Shown piece after piece: positions 11,844-25,758 of a DNA stretch of 64,000 nucleotides (positions are counted from its first letter, which is position 1; the number at the start of each line of letters is the position of its first letter). Both the position numbers and the translations under genes were made by a program. The DNA is from Saccostrea cucullata. Taxonomy: Eukaryota. The DNA lies in contig NW_026930660.1 in assembly GCF_032062105.1 (NCBI RefSeq), positions 186,001 through 250,000 on the forward strand. The letters run 5' to 3'. The notes under the pieces are model-generated. The model was not told the DNA's origin, made no database searches, and saw only the letters and a list, made by a program, of their open reading frames with translations.

Positions 11844-14800
11844 ATGTCGTCCATGTGTTTTTCTCGATGCTATACTGCGCATGACCGGAAGATCGCCCGT
11901 TTATTTGGACGTTACGGTCGACTGATTGCGCGACATCCATGGATCTTTATCATCTGCTCCATCATTTTAAACCTTCTTCTCGGGATCGGCCTTCTTCGAC
12001 TGAAGTTTGAAAACGATCTGGAGACGCAATACCTTCCAGAAAATAACCAGGCTTCTCAAGATCGCGACATTGTTAGGAACGTGTTCGAATCATCTAGTCG
12101 TGAAAACTTTCAAATCCATTCTTTGGCTGATGTCGGTTATTTCGCAGAAGTTATAATTCGCTCTAAGGATGGAAGGAATGTATTCGATAATAACGCATAT
12201 CGCGAGGTGCAGAAAATCCACAACCTTATTACAAAGAACATAGTGACTGTAGACCAGTCAAACAACAATTCGTCCTATGAATCTCTCTGTGCAAAGAACA
12301 ATAATAAATGTGTTATATTCGGAGAGGAACTTCTCTCTGCAGACTTTATCAGACATTTGCAAAATAAAAGCGTGACATACCCTGTGTACAAGGAAACAGT
12401 TTTGTTGTCCGCCATGTTGGGAAAGGTGGAAACCGAAGATGACCGTTTTGTTTCAGCAGGAATGCTAAAACTACGATACTACCTCCAGAAGTATCCAATA
12501 GATCAGGGTCATCTATCAGAGAGGTGGATCAAAGAATTTGTGACTTTCATACAGAATATTCAAACAAATTACACAGAACTGGCCTATACCTATCACAATG
12601 CTTTGGATGATGAGGTAACCCAAAGCTCCATGGCTGAGGCCCATTTGTTCATGATCACAGTAGGGCTCATGGTGGTCTATGCGTCCATAACAACTGCCGG
12701 AAGACGCATTGACTGTGTTTACGACCGACAGAATTTGGGACGCGTCGGCGTCTTTTGTGCGATTCTCTCTATGATTCCTGCGGCGGGAATAGCCAGCGCC
12801 TGTGGGATGAAGTTTATGAATTCTGTTGGAGTTATGCCGTTTTTGATCATAGGCAAGTCATGACGTACTTGTTTATTTTTCTACTCAGGATATTTCTCAT
12901 TCTCAAAATATTAATTTTTAAGAAGTTCGAAATCAGTTTGCGAAAAGTGAATCAGTCAAAATTTTTGTTTATTAAAAACTAACGCGAATCAGTTTCTATA
13001 GGAACCTGAATGAAATATTATTTCTCCAAGTTCTAACTTGATATTACTTGTACAAATATTACAATTATTTTATGTTTTTTGATGTTTTTCAGGCATTGGA
13101 ATCAACGATATGTTTATCATCGTATCTGGGCATGCGCAGACTATAGGTCAGGAGATGTCATTAGAGGAGAGAATGGAACACACCCTGCGGACCAGTGGAC
13201 TGGCTATTACAGTCACCTCTCTCACGGATTTAATAACCTTCTTCATTGGCTACACGTCTCTGTTTGTCACCATCCAAAACTTCTGCATCTATACAGGCAA
13301 GCATACATAATTTAAATTTCTCTTCATTTTAAAGCGACTCACAAATGCTATCCATGTTATTGGATGGCTATCTTTTAAGTCCAAAATCCACGCAATATTA
13401 CGTCTTTCTTCATCAAGAATGAGATTTCTTCGATTTTGAATATATTATCTATAGTAATAAAACTAATTTTTTCAGGTCTTGCCGTTTTCTTCTGCTACGT
13501 CAATCAGCTCACTATCCTAGCGCCATCTATTGTGATTCATCAGCAGAAGATGGACGCTGCGAAGCATTCAGTGACGTGTAGATCCACAAAACCTCGGGCA
13601 CAGCTCAGAAGCGAGGGCTTCTCGGCGTGTTATGTCACGTGCTGCTCTGGAGAGAAGCCTACGTCACGAGCGGATGTTGAAAGTTTGCTCGAGATTTACC
13701 CAAAACGTTTTGTTCAGTTCCTGGCTCGCCACGCCGCCTCTCGTCTGGTTATTTTCATTCTATACCTGGGATACATTGCTCTCTCTGTATGGGGAGTTAC
13801 ATCATTGAAGCAGGGCTTCAGATTTTCAGATTTAGCTTTGGAGAGTTCTGACTATTACAAAGCTAGCACATGGGATTTTGAGAATTTCCGATGGGAAATT
13901 CCCCTTCAAATTGTATTCAAAGATCCAATTGATTATCAAAACGAAGAAAAACGCCAGCAAATTGTTAACTTCCTAATTAAACTTAAAATGGAACCTCTTA
14001 TCAAAGATAACCTTGAAATAAACTGGTTATCAACTTACATTACAGTTGTGGGAAATGGTACTTTTGGAGACAAATTTATGTCTTTAAGACATTTCCTAAA
14101 CGACACAAGAATTTTTAAGGGAGATGTGATATTTTCTCCAAACTTTTCACAGATAAGCTACTCACGATTTTACTTGTTTTCGGAGAATTTAAGGACCAGT
14201 GACGTTCAGGGACAATTTCTTCTCCGCATTAGAGAGCTTGAACAAACATCCGGGCTACCGTGTTTCATCTACTCACCACTCTTTGTTTACTTTGAACAGT
14301 ACGCCATCGTGGTGAGAAGCACGCTACAGACAGTTGGTGTGGCAGTAGCCGCCATGTTTTTAGTCGCGTGTTTTTTCATGCCTCATCCTCTCATTATAAT
14401 TTTCGTGTCTGTCTCCCTCGTGTCTATTCTTCTGGGAGTGTTCGGATTTCTCCCGTTCTGGGGTCTCAACATCAGCTCTGTTACAATGATCGAACTCATC
14501 ATATCTGTAGGATTCTCCGTGGATTTCAGTGCGCATCTGTGTCACGCATATTTAACGTCACAGTCACGTGACCGAAAGGGGCGTGTTCAGGATGCACTTG
14601 AGTTGGCAGGCGGTCCTGTTATAAATGGAGCTCTGTCAACAATTATCGGCCTTGTAATGTTGAATTTCTCCCAGAGTTTTATTTTCCAGTCGTTTTTCAA
14701 GGTGTTATTTACGGTGATTGTGTTTGGACTTATTCATGCAGTTCTCATTTTACCGACATTCCTCTCTGTCATCGGGCCAAAGGTCAGAATATTGTCTGAT

Positions 14801-14902
14801 ACCAAACCCGACCCAAAAATAAAATCAGAAGTGTACAATGGTGTAAATCACGATGCTTATAATGGTGTGAATCTTCCTCTTGTTCGTGAAGAAAAGATGT
14901 AA
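11844..14902 (+). CDS. PTCHD3: Patched domain-containing protein 3-like (sterol-sensing domain/RND-type membrane protein), about 879 aa
   Basis: join(11844..12852,13093..13296,13476..14902) = 2640 nt, open to TAA. Motifs: VGVMPFLIIGIGINDMF, ITVTSLTD, GFSVDFSAH, FGLIHAVLILP. Both introns are GC-AG. The symbol means family-like, and orthology was not tested. Confidence 0.9.
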
Positions 14903-15479
14903 ATGTGAAATACTCGTAAAAGACTTGCGCAACGTTTGAAATAGACTGAGAGTAGTAGAGCTGAATCGGTGAAGAAAAATTTTAAAAGGATCGAGGGATA
15001 AACTATCCTTACAGTGTGTGAAAATTTTTAACCCTGGAACGTGAAACTCAGCACAGCTTTGTCACCTTGACTGATTTGGCTGGAGTTTTATGTGTCTTTT
15101 GGTCAGTGTAAAACATGTTTATTATTTGATAATGTTTCCTCTAAATCAAGTGAATGAAATTGTCTCATTTTGGCGCGGAGCGCATAATGGTTATTGGTGT
15201 ATCAAATACACAGCCTGTATAAATTCACAACATATCTGGGCACCTCAGGCGCTCATGTTTGAAATATTTTCTAGTTTTAAAACGAAATAAATTTTGTTCC
15301 TAGTTAGAGTTCTGTTATAACGTAAAGTATTAATTAGCGGAAATATAGCCGTCTTTATCATTACTCATTAAGCTATGTTCTAGTTAGGTGTATACTTCTC
15401 TATTATTGGTCTAATTTTCATGTGAATCAAACTTGGTTAACAAGAAGACAACGTCCAGTAAGATACTTGAGATTGATGA

Positions 15480-16440
15480 TCCACACATTTTTTTTTTTAC
15501 ACAAAACAAAAACAATGTTTAAAAGGCATTAAAAAGAGTTCCTCAATCACTGACAATGAATATCTTTGTAGTCTTTGGAGACCAAGTCTTCAAACAGAAA
15601 GTTACAATTCAGAGCCAAAATGAATTTGAACTACCATATATATACCAGATTCCGAAACTTCATAAAAATCCGTACAAACAAAGATACATCGTGGGTTCCA
15701 GTAAATGTTCAACCAATCCTCTTCCGTTACTTCCAACAATCTATTGGAATTCCCATGGGTACCAATTGCACTCCGTTATTAGCAGACCTATTTTTATATT
15801 CATATGAAGCAGAATTTGTGCAAAATTTAGTGCGTGAAAAGAAAACACTTGCTGTGGCATACAACTCGACATTTAGATATATCGACGACGTATTGTCAAT
15901 TAACAATTGTTATTTCCATTCCTACATCGATACGATATATCCTGGTGAGCTTGAGATAAAAGATATTACAGACTCTGACACATCTGTTTCATACTTCGAT
16001 ATTTTAACTTGAAAAAGACGTTAATGGTAATCTAACCACCAAGCTATATGATAAACGTGATGACTTTAACTTTTCTATCGTCACATTCCCTTACTTATGC
16101 AGCAATGTACCTTCATCGCCTGCATTATTAAAGTCATCATTTCGTAAATTCTATGGTCGATACAATGACCTTGTCAGCAAATACAATTTATCATTGAGAC
16201 AACTGCTGACTGACGTTTTTCATACTAATTGTTAGTCTATTATTTATACACTGAATTGACGACGGATTTTTCCGCTATTTCCCGATCATGACAAGGAGCA
16301 CACGGCTGGTGTGACCGGTCAGCAGGGGATGCTCACTCCTCCATGGCACTTGATCCCACCTCTGATGTTTTGGAGGTCCGTGTTTGCTCTTAACGTAATT
16401 TGTATTGTTTTGTGGACTTCGACATTGGATGCTGTTCGTT
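15480..16440 (+). mobile_element. Truncated, frameshifted Penelope-like reverse transcriptase
   Basis: Fragments IPKLHKNPYKQRYI, GIPMGTNCTPLLADLFLYSYE, FRYIDDVL and LYDKRDDFNFSIV, followed by the family tail ggtgtgaccggtcagcaggggatgctcactcctcc. Confidence 0.8.
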
Positions 16441-17306
16441 ATCTCCATATCCTTACTAGCTTTGCAGTGGCTTAAGACAATGAAGTCCCAAAACCCCAGA
16501 CTCCTCCGTAGGAGCCTGGATTGCAGGAGTACAAATGAACAATAAGGTTAACGTTATTCCAGGCATGTAAGGACAAAAACTGGCGAATTAGATCTTTATT
16601 CAATACAGTCAGATCGTGTTTAGTGTCAGGTAGGATGACCAGCCAGAGGTGTGCAACGTTTGCTGTTTTACTCCGATTGGTTTATACAAGTGGCAAATAT
16701 TTCGGTGAGATATAGCACCGAAATTGTTTAGCCATATAACGTGTTTAGGTGGATTATTGCAGCGTGTGCGTCCAGTTGTAGCCGGAGTGTTCAAATAATG
16801 AATATAGTTGATTTGTTGTTTCCGGATTTTCCGGTTTCAGTTGTATTTTGGGTTAGGTTTTTGTAAAAGTAAAGTCATTTCAATGCATAAGGTGCTGGGA
16901 TCAGTCAGACGAGCGTTAGATGGAGGACCAGACGTTTTTTTCCCACTCCTGGGATTTAAGGAAGAAGAAAATATATTATTTTCCTAATAAATTGGTAAAC
17001 ATTGCCGTCGCAAGCTGTGTAAATTGCTTACAGTATTTTTTCCTCATTTGGCACCTGATCTCATCTCAGATGTTTTGGTGGTCCGTATTTGCTCTGCTCC
17101 TATTTTGTATTGTTTTATGGACTTTAATATTGAATACTATTCGTTAATCCTGTAACCTAAATCTACACCTGTACGTGTAGGTTTGTAATAAATAAAAGCT
17201 TCAAGTGGAACGTACGCCCTTTACAGAACATTTTTACATTTTCACTCGTGGCCCGCCTTATTTTCACCTTCAGCTGCGTATCAGTGGATGTGTATTGATA
17301 TTATTA

Positions 17307-18573
17307 ATGGTTTCTAGACAAGAATTCTGCACGCAGTGTAGAGTTAGACAGTGCTTCCAATGCGATAGGGATGCGGAATTTTACTGCAACACGTGTAAGC
17401 AAGATTTATGTGTACAATGTAAGGAGAAATATGTTACTGATTTAGATACTTTATACAATGATATAGTGATTTACCGTGAGAAATTTGGATGTATTTTAGA
17501 ACAAGGGAATTGTATAAGACATTCAGGCAGGATTTATGATGCATTTTGTCAGTCTTGTCAACTTCGTAGTGTTTATAAAGAAAAACCCTGTTGCCAAGAA
17601 AAACGACACTCCAAGACTTACAAAACTGCCTGTCCTCTCCTTGAATGAGATGATTAACAAACGAGGCTTGATTCAGTTATTAAGAGAAATTCAGAGGAAA
17701 ACGAAACGGTTAATAGAAAATGAGAATCTGCTTAAACTTATGTCTTCGTCCGAGTTGAAGAAATCTGTAACCCTGTCAGATCAATGCAGATGTCAGTAAT
17801 AGTTGTCATATTTCCTGTGTGACGTCAGACCGGATCTGGGTGAGTGATATAAAAGATCTCGTTTTGACAGATACAACGGGTGCCACTCTAGGTCATGTAA
17901 CAGATATAAATAATGTTGTAGGGGTGCACTCGGTGACCAAAGATGGGGAACTTATTTTCATAGACCGGCAGTATAACATCATAAAATTATTCAGGGACAA
18001 TATTACGAAGACATTACTGATAAAGAAATCTGGCTTTGCAAAGCCTAACTGTATCTACTGCTCTACCTCTACAGGGGATCTGCTGGTCGGAATGTGGAGA
18101 AAAGATGGAATAACAGAGCCATGGTTATCCGATACGATAGTACGGGCCAATATGTCCATTCAATTCAACATAACAGCGTGGGTCAGGAATTGTATAAAAT
18201 CCCAATATATATCACGGAAAACCGTAATGCCGTGTAATAGTGTCTGAATCAATCAGATTTAACCAAGGTGCTGTAGTGGTGACAGACAGCAAAGGAAGAC
18301 ATCGCTTCACCTACACAGGACCACCCCAAGGATCAGACCTCGATCCCAGTGGAATCTGTACAGATACTCATCTGTGATGCTAACACGCGCACAATACAAA
18401 TGATTGACAAAGATGGTTACTTTCTGTCATCGTCACTACTGACCAGTCAAGGAATAAACAGCCCTCGAAGTCTGAGTTACAATGACAAATCTCATCTTCT
18501 CTGGGTCGGATCACCTTATAATAATGTAGTGTCTGTATACAGATATATAGCTCGACGGGAACTATCATCGTAA
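17307..18573 (+). pseudogene. Fragmented B-box plus NHL/beta-propeller (TRIM2/3-like) gene of the bivalve-expanded family
   Basis: B-box CFQCDRDAEFYCNTCKQDLCVQCKEKYV and a second Cys/His cluster. Downstream propeller-like pieces (SDRIWVSD, IYCSTSTGDLLVGM, ILICDANTRTIQMIDKDG, LLWVGS) lie in different frames, indicating frameshifts and deletion. Confidence 0.75.
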
Positions 18574-19599
18574 CGTAGTAAATATGTAACAAATTTTCCA
18601 TATTTTATGTCTAAAAGCGGAATAGATTTTTCCAGAGTTATCAATTAGTGATTTTGGTGTACATATCTCAAGGAGAAGGTTTTGGATTTTTATTCCTATC
18701 TCATGTCTCCTTTAAAGACAATCTGTCTATATGGCGATAATTTTCAGTGTGCGTTAAAACATAGAATAGTCTGTACTCTCAAACTATAATTCGTTGCAAT
18801 GGATGCATTTCGATGTTCAGATACAACAGTCGAATAATCTGATTTTCCCATCTGCTCTAATGAAACTTTCAAATCTCTTGCTTTTGTAACGTGCAACGTG
18901 GCCAAGCTTGTAGTGTGTTGATATTGTCTTGTATCACCGAGGCATTACACTCAGGTTCGTTAACCTGTTGACTCAGATTTTTGTTGGCCAATTATTCAAT
19001 GTGTAAAATTAAAAAAAAACAAAACAATGGATTTCTTCTTGATTGGACAAACACTAACTCTGGTCAACGGGTGTCTCCCTTGAGCAAATTTCTTCTGGTC
19101 CTGCCACTACAAAAGTACTGTCTCAAGGCACTTCCCCCCCCCCCCCCATTTTTCTGTGGTATGCCACCTCTCTCCGAAACCAAGTACCGGTATCTGCCTC
19201 AAATTAAACAGGTCTTACATGTGTTGATTAGTATGAAACAATTAGCTGTATATCCCCCGCAACTGCCTGTCTTATTATGGTCTTACAATAGTATGTAGGA
19301 GAATAAACGTGCCAAAGTTTGCTAGCATCATCAGAGAGGTCGTATAAGCACTATAATACAGCTTATATTATCCCATTGCAGTTCCAATACTTTGACAGTT
19401 TCAAACTACTTAAATGACCTAAGAATTAATAATTTTAGCGTTTATGAAATTAAACAAGACAGTACGTCTAATGTTTCATATGATACTAAATCACAAAACC
19501 AATTTCTGTTTCACTTAAATATCCTCAAGATTATATGCGTCCAGCATATGATCTACTATTTACTATATGTACATCTATGTACAATACTGTGCTATGCCT

Positions 19600-21420
19600 G
19601 ACAATGAGTGACATCTACCTAATATAAGATATAGTCTTCCATCCACTGTGGTTTTCTCCTGCGTCTAACAGCGATGTTGTCTCCATCAGAATCATAATTA
19701 GACTATTTTCCTACATCAGTCTCATCATATAGAGGTTCGGGGTCGTCCTCTGATGCTGTTCTTTCATCACCAGGCGTTTCACCTAGCAAAGTTTGAGGGT
19801 ACTTTAGACGCATTCTGTCGACATGTATGACTTGCGGTTTTCCACCACGTCCACAACCAACCTTGTAGGTAAGATCCGTCATCTTTGATAACACCTTGTA
19901 AGGATCCCGTTAGTAACTGCTAAATTTTGGCGAGCAACCTGCCTTCCAACTTGGAATGAACACATAGACTTGGCAGCCTGGCTCAAATTTCTGCCATGAA
20001 AATTTTAGGTCGTGATACTTCTTTTGCCTAACCATTGCTGTTTTAATATTCTCCCTGACATCCTGACATGTTTGTGTGCGTTTTCCACGGTTTTATTTAA
20101 TTCCCAGGCCCACTTGTCTTTCGGGATGTGTTGTACTGATCTGGGCATCTCAAGCATGATGTCAAGCGGTGCTGACACTTCTCTTCCCAGCATCAAGTAA
20201 TTGGGAGTGTAACCAGTTGTCTCGTGAACGGAGGCCCTGTAAGCCATCATTACAAATGGTAAGTGCTTGTCCCAATCTGAATGATGGTCATTTACATAGC
20301 GCTTTTTAAAACATTGTCACTAACGTCTTGTTAATCGCTCCACCATTCCATAACTTTTTGGATCGTAGGGGCTGGTCCGTTTTTTGTTTTGTTTTTTTTT
20401 TGTTTTGATTTGGAAAATTGGAGAACCTGGCACATCTCCTCAAAAAGTGCACTCTCATACTGTCGACCTTGATCAGAGTGAATAACTCATGGTACGCCGA
20501 ACCGGGTATTTACTTCTTCCACAATAAGTTTTGCCACTGTCTTGGCTTCCATGTTCGGCATTGGAAAAGACTCGATCCATTTCGTAAAATAGTCCGATAC
20601 CACTAATATGTATTTATTGCCATCCTCTGTCATTGGTAGTTCTCCCAGGATGTCCGTGGCAATCCTGTCCATGGATAAACCGATTTCAACCAATTCCATG
20701 GGTGCTCTTTTCTTCACCCGAGGACCCTTCCTCTTACATTTCTCACAACCTGTTATGTACTTTCTGGTGTCTGCTTGCAAACCAGGCCAATAGAACTTTT
20801 ACCCTATTCGAGCTAGTGTCTTGCTCACGCCAAGATGTGCAGCTGTTCTCACATCAGAACTCGAATATTGTCCGTCGTTGGCTACTTGGTACAAATGACT
20901 GCAAGCGGATGGTCTTCCCATCCTCCTCTTCAAATCTTCTGAATAGAATGTCATTCTCAATACAAAGAAAATTCCACTGTGACCATAAAGATCGTAGGCA
21001 CATAACATTGGCCACTAACCACACTGTACATGTACGTACAGGTCTTGTCTTTTCTTTGACCCAATGTTTGACAAGGGATAAATCGTTGTCTTTGTCTTGC
21101 ATATCTTTTATAGACAGGAATGGATGGTAATCACCTTTTTTTGATCCACTGTCTTGGGATATGGCTCTTACTTCATCTTGCTTGTTACTTTCCAAATCTT
21201 TCTCCCATTCTGGATCAAAACCACATTGGCGACTCAATGCATCTGCATTGCTGTGTTGTGTACCTGGTCTGTGTTGTATCTCGAAACTGTATTTAGTCTA
21301 TTTACTAAGGGTTTCCAGCCAACGTGCCAACTGTCCCTCTGGATTCTTAAATTTGAAACGCCACCTTAAAAAGTAAGGAGCTATGGTCTGTGCGGACTAT
21401 GAACTTTTCTATCTGTCTCT
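19600..21420 (-). mobile_element. Degenerate Gypsy/Ty3 LTR retrotransposon pol (RNase H end plus integrase)
   Basis: Pieces in several frames: HSNADALSR, H-x-C-C zinc-finger region, DILGELPMTEDGNKYILVVSDYFTKWIESFP, MAYRASVHETTGYTP, VIHVDRMR. A possible polypurine tract at 19131-19152 and LTR at about 18885-19130 are weak calls. Confidence 0.85.
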
Positions 21421-21485
21421 CGATACTACTCGCCCACAAATTTTTAGTTCTCTGCGTAGGGTGCGCAGCAGATTAAAAGATATAA

Positions 21486-22662
21486 ATAAGAGGCCCACGG
21501 GCCTCATAGGTCACCTGAGCATTATGCAACAACTTTCCAGTTATTGAATTTGATTCATGTTTTAAGCCAGATGCTATGGCATTCACAATTTTGAAAGAGG
21601 CACCATTGATCATCATAACTATACACTTAGCAGTTGCTTAGCTTGGTTATTGAATACCCGTACGCAGGGTATGGGAACAAAAATGCATTCCAACTAATCA
21701 GTAGTGCCCTTAACACTGTGACATAAACCCCAGACCCTAGGTCCACACATTGCACAAATTTAAAAAGGCACCCTTAAAATTGCCTATCAAAAAATAAATA
21801 AATGTCTTATAAATACAAAGGAGCAGATTTAAAACAATTAATTCATTTTCAGTTTATAAGTTGAGCCCCCCCCCCCCCATCCCTGACCCTGGGGCCTTGA
21901 AATTCACAATTCTGCAAGATTAGGGCCCTTGCTCATCATAAATATATAGACATGTAGGTAGTTCATCTGCTTCACACCCAGAGACAGAGAAGAAAATTTT
22001 CATAGATTTAATGTATTTTCACTATATAATCAATAGAGCCCCGTCCTAACACCAGAACCCCAGACCCTGGGGCCATAAAATTCATAATTTTGGAAAAGGC
22101 ACTCTTGCTCATCAAAATTATGTACTTAGTTAGTTTATTTAATACCCAGGAGCAGAGAAGAAGATTTTCAAAGAATTCATGTATTTTCAATATATAATCA
22201 AACGAGCCCTGCCCTAACACCAGAACCCCTGACCCTGGGACCATAAAATTCACAAGTTTGGTAAAAGCACTCTTGCTCATCATAACTATGCACTTAGTTA
22301 GTTTATTTAATACCTAGGAGCAGAGAAGAAGATTTTCAAAGAATTCATGTATTTTCACTATATAATCAATAGAGCCCCCCTCCCCTTACACCTGAACCCT
22401 TGACCCTGGGGCAATAAAATTCACAATTTTGGTAGAGGCACTCCTGCTCATCATAACTATGCACTTAGTTTATTTATTTAATACCCAGGGGCAGAGAAGA
22501 AGATTTTCAAAGAAATCATGTATTTTCACTATATATAATCAATAGAACCCCACTCTAACACCAGAACCCCTGACCCTGGGGCCATAAAATTCACAATTTT
22601 TGTAGAGGCACTCTTGTTCATCATAACTATGTACTTAGTTGGTTTATTTAATACCCAGGAGC

Positions 22663-22696
<34 letters not shown>

Positions 22697-23108
22697 CACT
22701 ATATACTTATTTAGCCCCGCCCTAGCACTAGAACCCCTGACCCCAGGGCCATGAATTTCACAATTTTGGTAGAGGACTCAATGCTGATTACAATCATGCA
22801 AACAGTTTGACTGCTTGATGTCCAGGAGTAAAGAAGAAGATTTTTAAAGAACGCATTAATTTTAGTGGTTTTGGCCCCACCCCTCAGGCCCCATGGGGGC
22901 AGGGATAATGAAATTCACAATTTTTGTTCCCCTTCACCCATAGATGCTTTGTGCCAAATTTGGTTGAATTTGGTTCAGTGGTTGCAGAGAAGAAGCTGAA
23001 AATGTTCAAATGTTAACACACGACGGACGACGAACGACGAACGACGGACGACGACGGACGAAAACGGATAGCAATAGGTCACCTGAGTTTACTCAGGTGA
23101 CCTAAAAA
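21486..23108 (+). mobile_element. Helentron/HINE-like element with an internal ~168-bp tandem array
   Basis: ataggtcacctgag occurs near both ends. About six gagaagaagattttcaaaga units, a (GACG/GAAC)n microsatellite, and terminal hairpin taggtcacctgagt-tt-actcaggtgaccta plus A-run. Confidence 0.8.
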
Positions 23109-23962
23109 GTAGAGAAAAGTAAATTTCAATACAATTTCAATGCGGTGAAAAGGGAACAGTATTAAGTTATTAGTGAAAATAAAAAGTTTAGAAAAACAGT
23201 ATTCACAGTTAAAAGATATAAAAACACTATAATATAATCAAGGTCTGTGCTGATTCAGTTTGCTCACTTCCAGTTTGAAATGTTCAGCATCTTGAAGCGA
23301 GACAACTCTGCCCGGCAGTATGAGGGGTGGAGCTAATGCCCCGGTCACACATTCACGGATTAAATGCCGGATTAGCTACGGAAGCGATCCGGCATCATTC
23401 GTGGCGATATGTATTGACCCGTGGCTTTTCCGTCTGTTACCGTATCCAAACGTAGCAATACTTGTATAGCTGCGACAATTTTTGAACATGTTCAAAATTC
23501 CACTACGGATGAAACCACCGTAGTACTTCCTTAGTAAAACTTACTAAACCGTTTCAGAACGTAGAAGTCCGTTTTAACTCCGTTTAAATCCGTAGTAATT
23601 CGTATGTATCAATTTGTCAAGGATTGTTTCGATTTGATACGGAGAGCTACATGATTATACGGTTCTAGTACGTATTTACTACAGATAAGAAGAGTTTGCT
23701 AAGATCTTTTTACGGTGCGACACGGGCCAATTACGTTTTATTACGAATAACAAAGGAATCTTAAGATTTATTACGTTTTTATACGTTTTATAGCGACACT
23801 GTACGGAGTACGAAGGCACAAGGCAAAATTCTAGGATATGAAGCGTTGCCATGCTTGCCATGCTTGCCATGCTTATCATTTTAATGTCAGTCATTCAGCT
23901 GACATTTATAAACCCTATAAAAACTGTGTGTCTGACCATCAGTAGCAAAATTTTTATCAAAC

Positions 23963-25758
23963 ATGAATAATCAACAACTGATGCTTGCTTTGGAAATGCT
24001 AGAACTAGACATTGACATTTCACAAAATGCCAGGGCAATGATTCAGGCCATCCAAGACCAGAGACGTGATCGAAGGCAGCGGAGATGGTGGACGAGAGAT
24101 TGGCTTCTCCGAAGACCTATCCATGGCCAGTATGAAGCCTTAATGTCCGAGATGTATGCAGAAGATCCATCTGCATATAGGAAATTTTGTACGAGTGGAC
24201 CCTCTTATGTTTCAAGAACTGTTACACATGGTTACTCCAAAGATTAACAAGCGCAACACTTGGTACAGGAAATCTATTGACCCTGGTTTGAGACTAGCAA
24301 TTACTCTGAGGTACCTAGCTACGGGGGACAGCTACCACACACTGATGTATGGTTTCAGAGTTGCCCACAATACAATCTGTGGTATAGTAAGAGAGGTATG
24401 CGAGGCCATACCCAGGTAGCACAACAACGTTATTAAAACGTTATCAAAACGTTTTCAAAATGTTATAAAAACATTTTCTAAAACGTTATTACAACGTTTT
24501 TTTGTATGGTTTTTTAAACGTTATCATAACGTTTTTCAAAAACATTGTCCTGCAATGTTTGGAAAACATTTTTAAAATCGTTTTCAGAACATTTCTAACA
24601 TGTTTTAAAGGATTAAAAAAAATTTACAACAAAAAAAGTATTGTACTTCCTATGGTTTTAATTTGTTTAAACTCTTTCACAAATGTAATCCATGAACTCT
24701 TTTTTACATCCACACAGTCAATAACAGTCTTCTTAACAGAGAAGATTTGTCACAATTGAAATAAGAAAAAAATCACAATATCCTTCTTCCTTTGGAAATC
24801 ATCTGTTTGGCACTTGGACTTCTTTGTTTTCTTCTGAAAAACAAAGATATAGAATAATTTTAAAAACGTTTTGGAATAACATTCTTACAACCGGAATATA
24901 ATGTTATGAAAACGTTTTGTGCTACCTGGGTAGTGTCTGTTTATTCAGAAGACGTTCTCTTGACACCCACGGAACCAGAACAGTTTGAGGCTAAGTAGAA
25001 GTTCCCTCACACACTAGGTGCTCTCGACGGAAAACATGTACCCATTAGGTGTCCAAAAAAATGGAGGATCGTTGTATTATAACTATAAAGGTTACCACTC
25101 TATTGTACTGATGGCTCTAGTTGACACTGACTACAAGTTCCGATGGGTTAATATTGGCGCTCAAGGTGGATTTTCGGACGCCCAGATTTGGAACCAGAGT
25201 GATCTTAAACAAGCGATTGAAAGAGGATTAATGGGACTGCCAACAGCGACCCTTTTCCCGGTGATGATAAACCCATTGGCTACTATATTATCGCAGACGA
25301 TGCTTTTGGTATGAGGTCCTGGCTTATGAAACCTTTCTCTAGACGAGGTCTTTCTTATGACGAGAGGATTTTCAACTATCGGTTATCTAGAAGTAGAAGA
25401 GTTGTTGAAAATGCGTTTGGTATTCTTGCAAATCGATTCAGATGTTTACTATCAGTCATGAATCAGGAGTCCGAAACTGTGCACGTCATAGTTTCAGCCT
25501 GCGTGTGCCTTCATAACATCATGAGAATGAGATACCCTGGGGACCAGAACCTTCTACTTGACCAGGAAGACGAAAGACACCAGGTATAATTCCTGGGGCA
25601 TGGAGAGAGGGTGTTAACATGGATGATTTACAGATGATTTACAGATTACCAGGGGTGGAAATATGGACACATTTGACGCTAAACAGCAGAGGCTTTTATA
25701 TGAAACATTACCTTAATTCCCCAGTCGGGTCTGTTCCATGGCAGGACAAGATGATATA
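23963..25758 (+). pseudogene. Harbinger DDE transposase (HARBI1-like), frameshifted and interrupted
   Basis: Motifs LAITLRYLATGDSY, GALDGKHV, YYNYKGYHSIVLMALVD, DDAF and FNYRLSRSRRVVENAFGILANRFR. There are frameshifts, an in-frame stop near 24996 and a MITE insertion. Confidence 0.88.
24411..24930. mobile_element. MITE (CCCAG termini, TA flanks; EnSpm-like) inserted in the transposase
   Basis: TIRs cccaggtagcacaacaacgtt / aacgttttgtgctacctggg with TA on both sides and AACGTT subterminal repeats. Confidence 0.8.
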
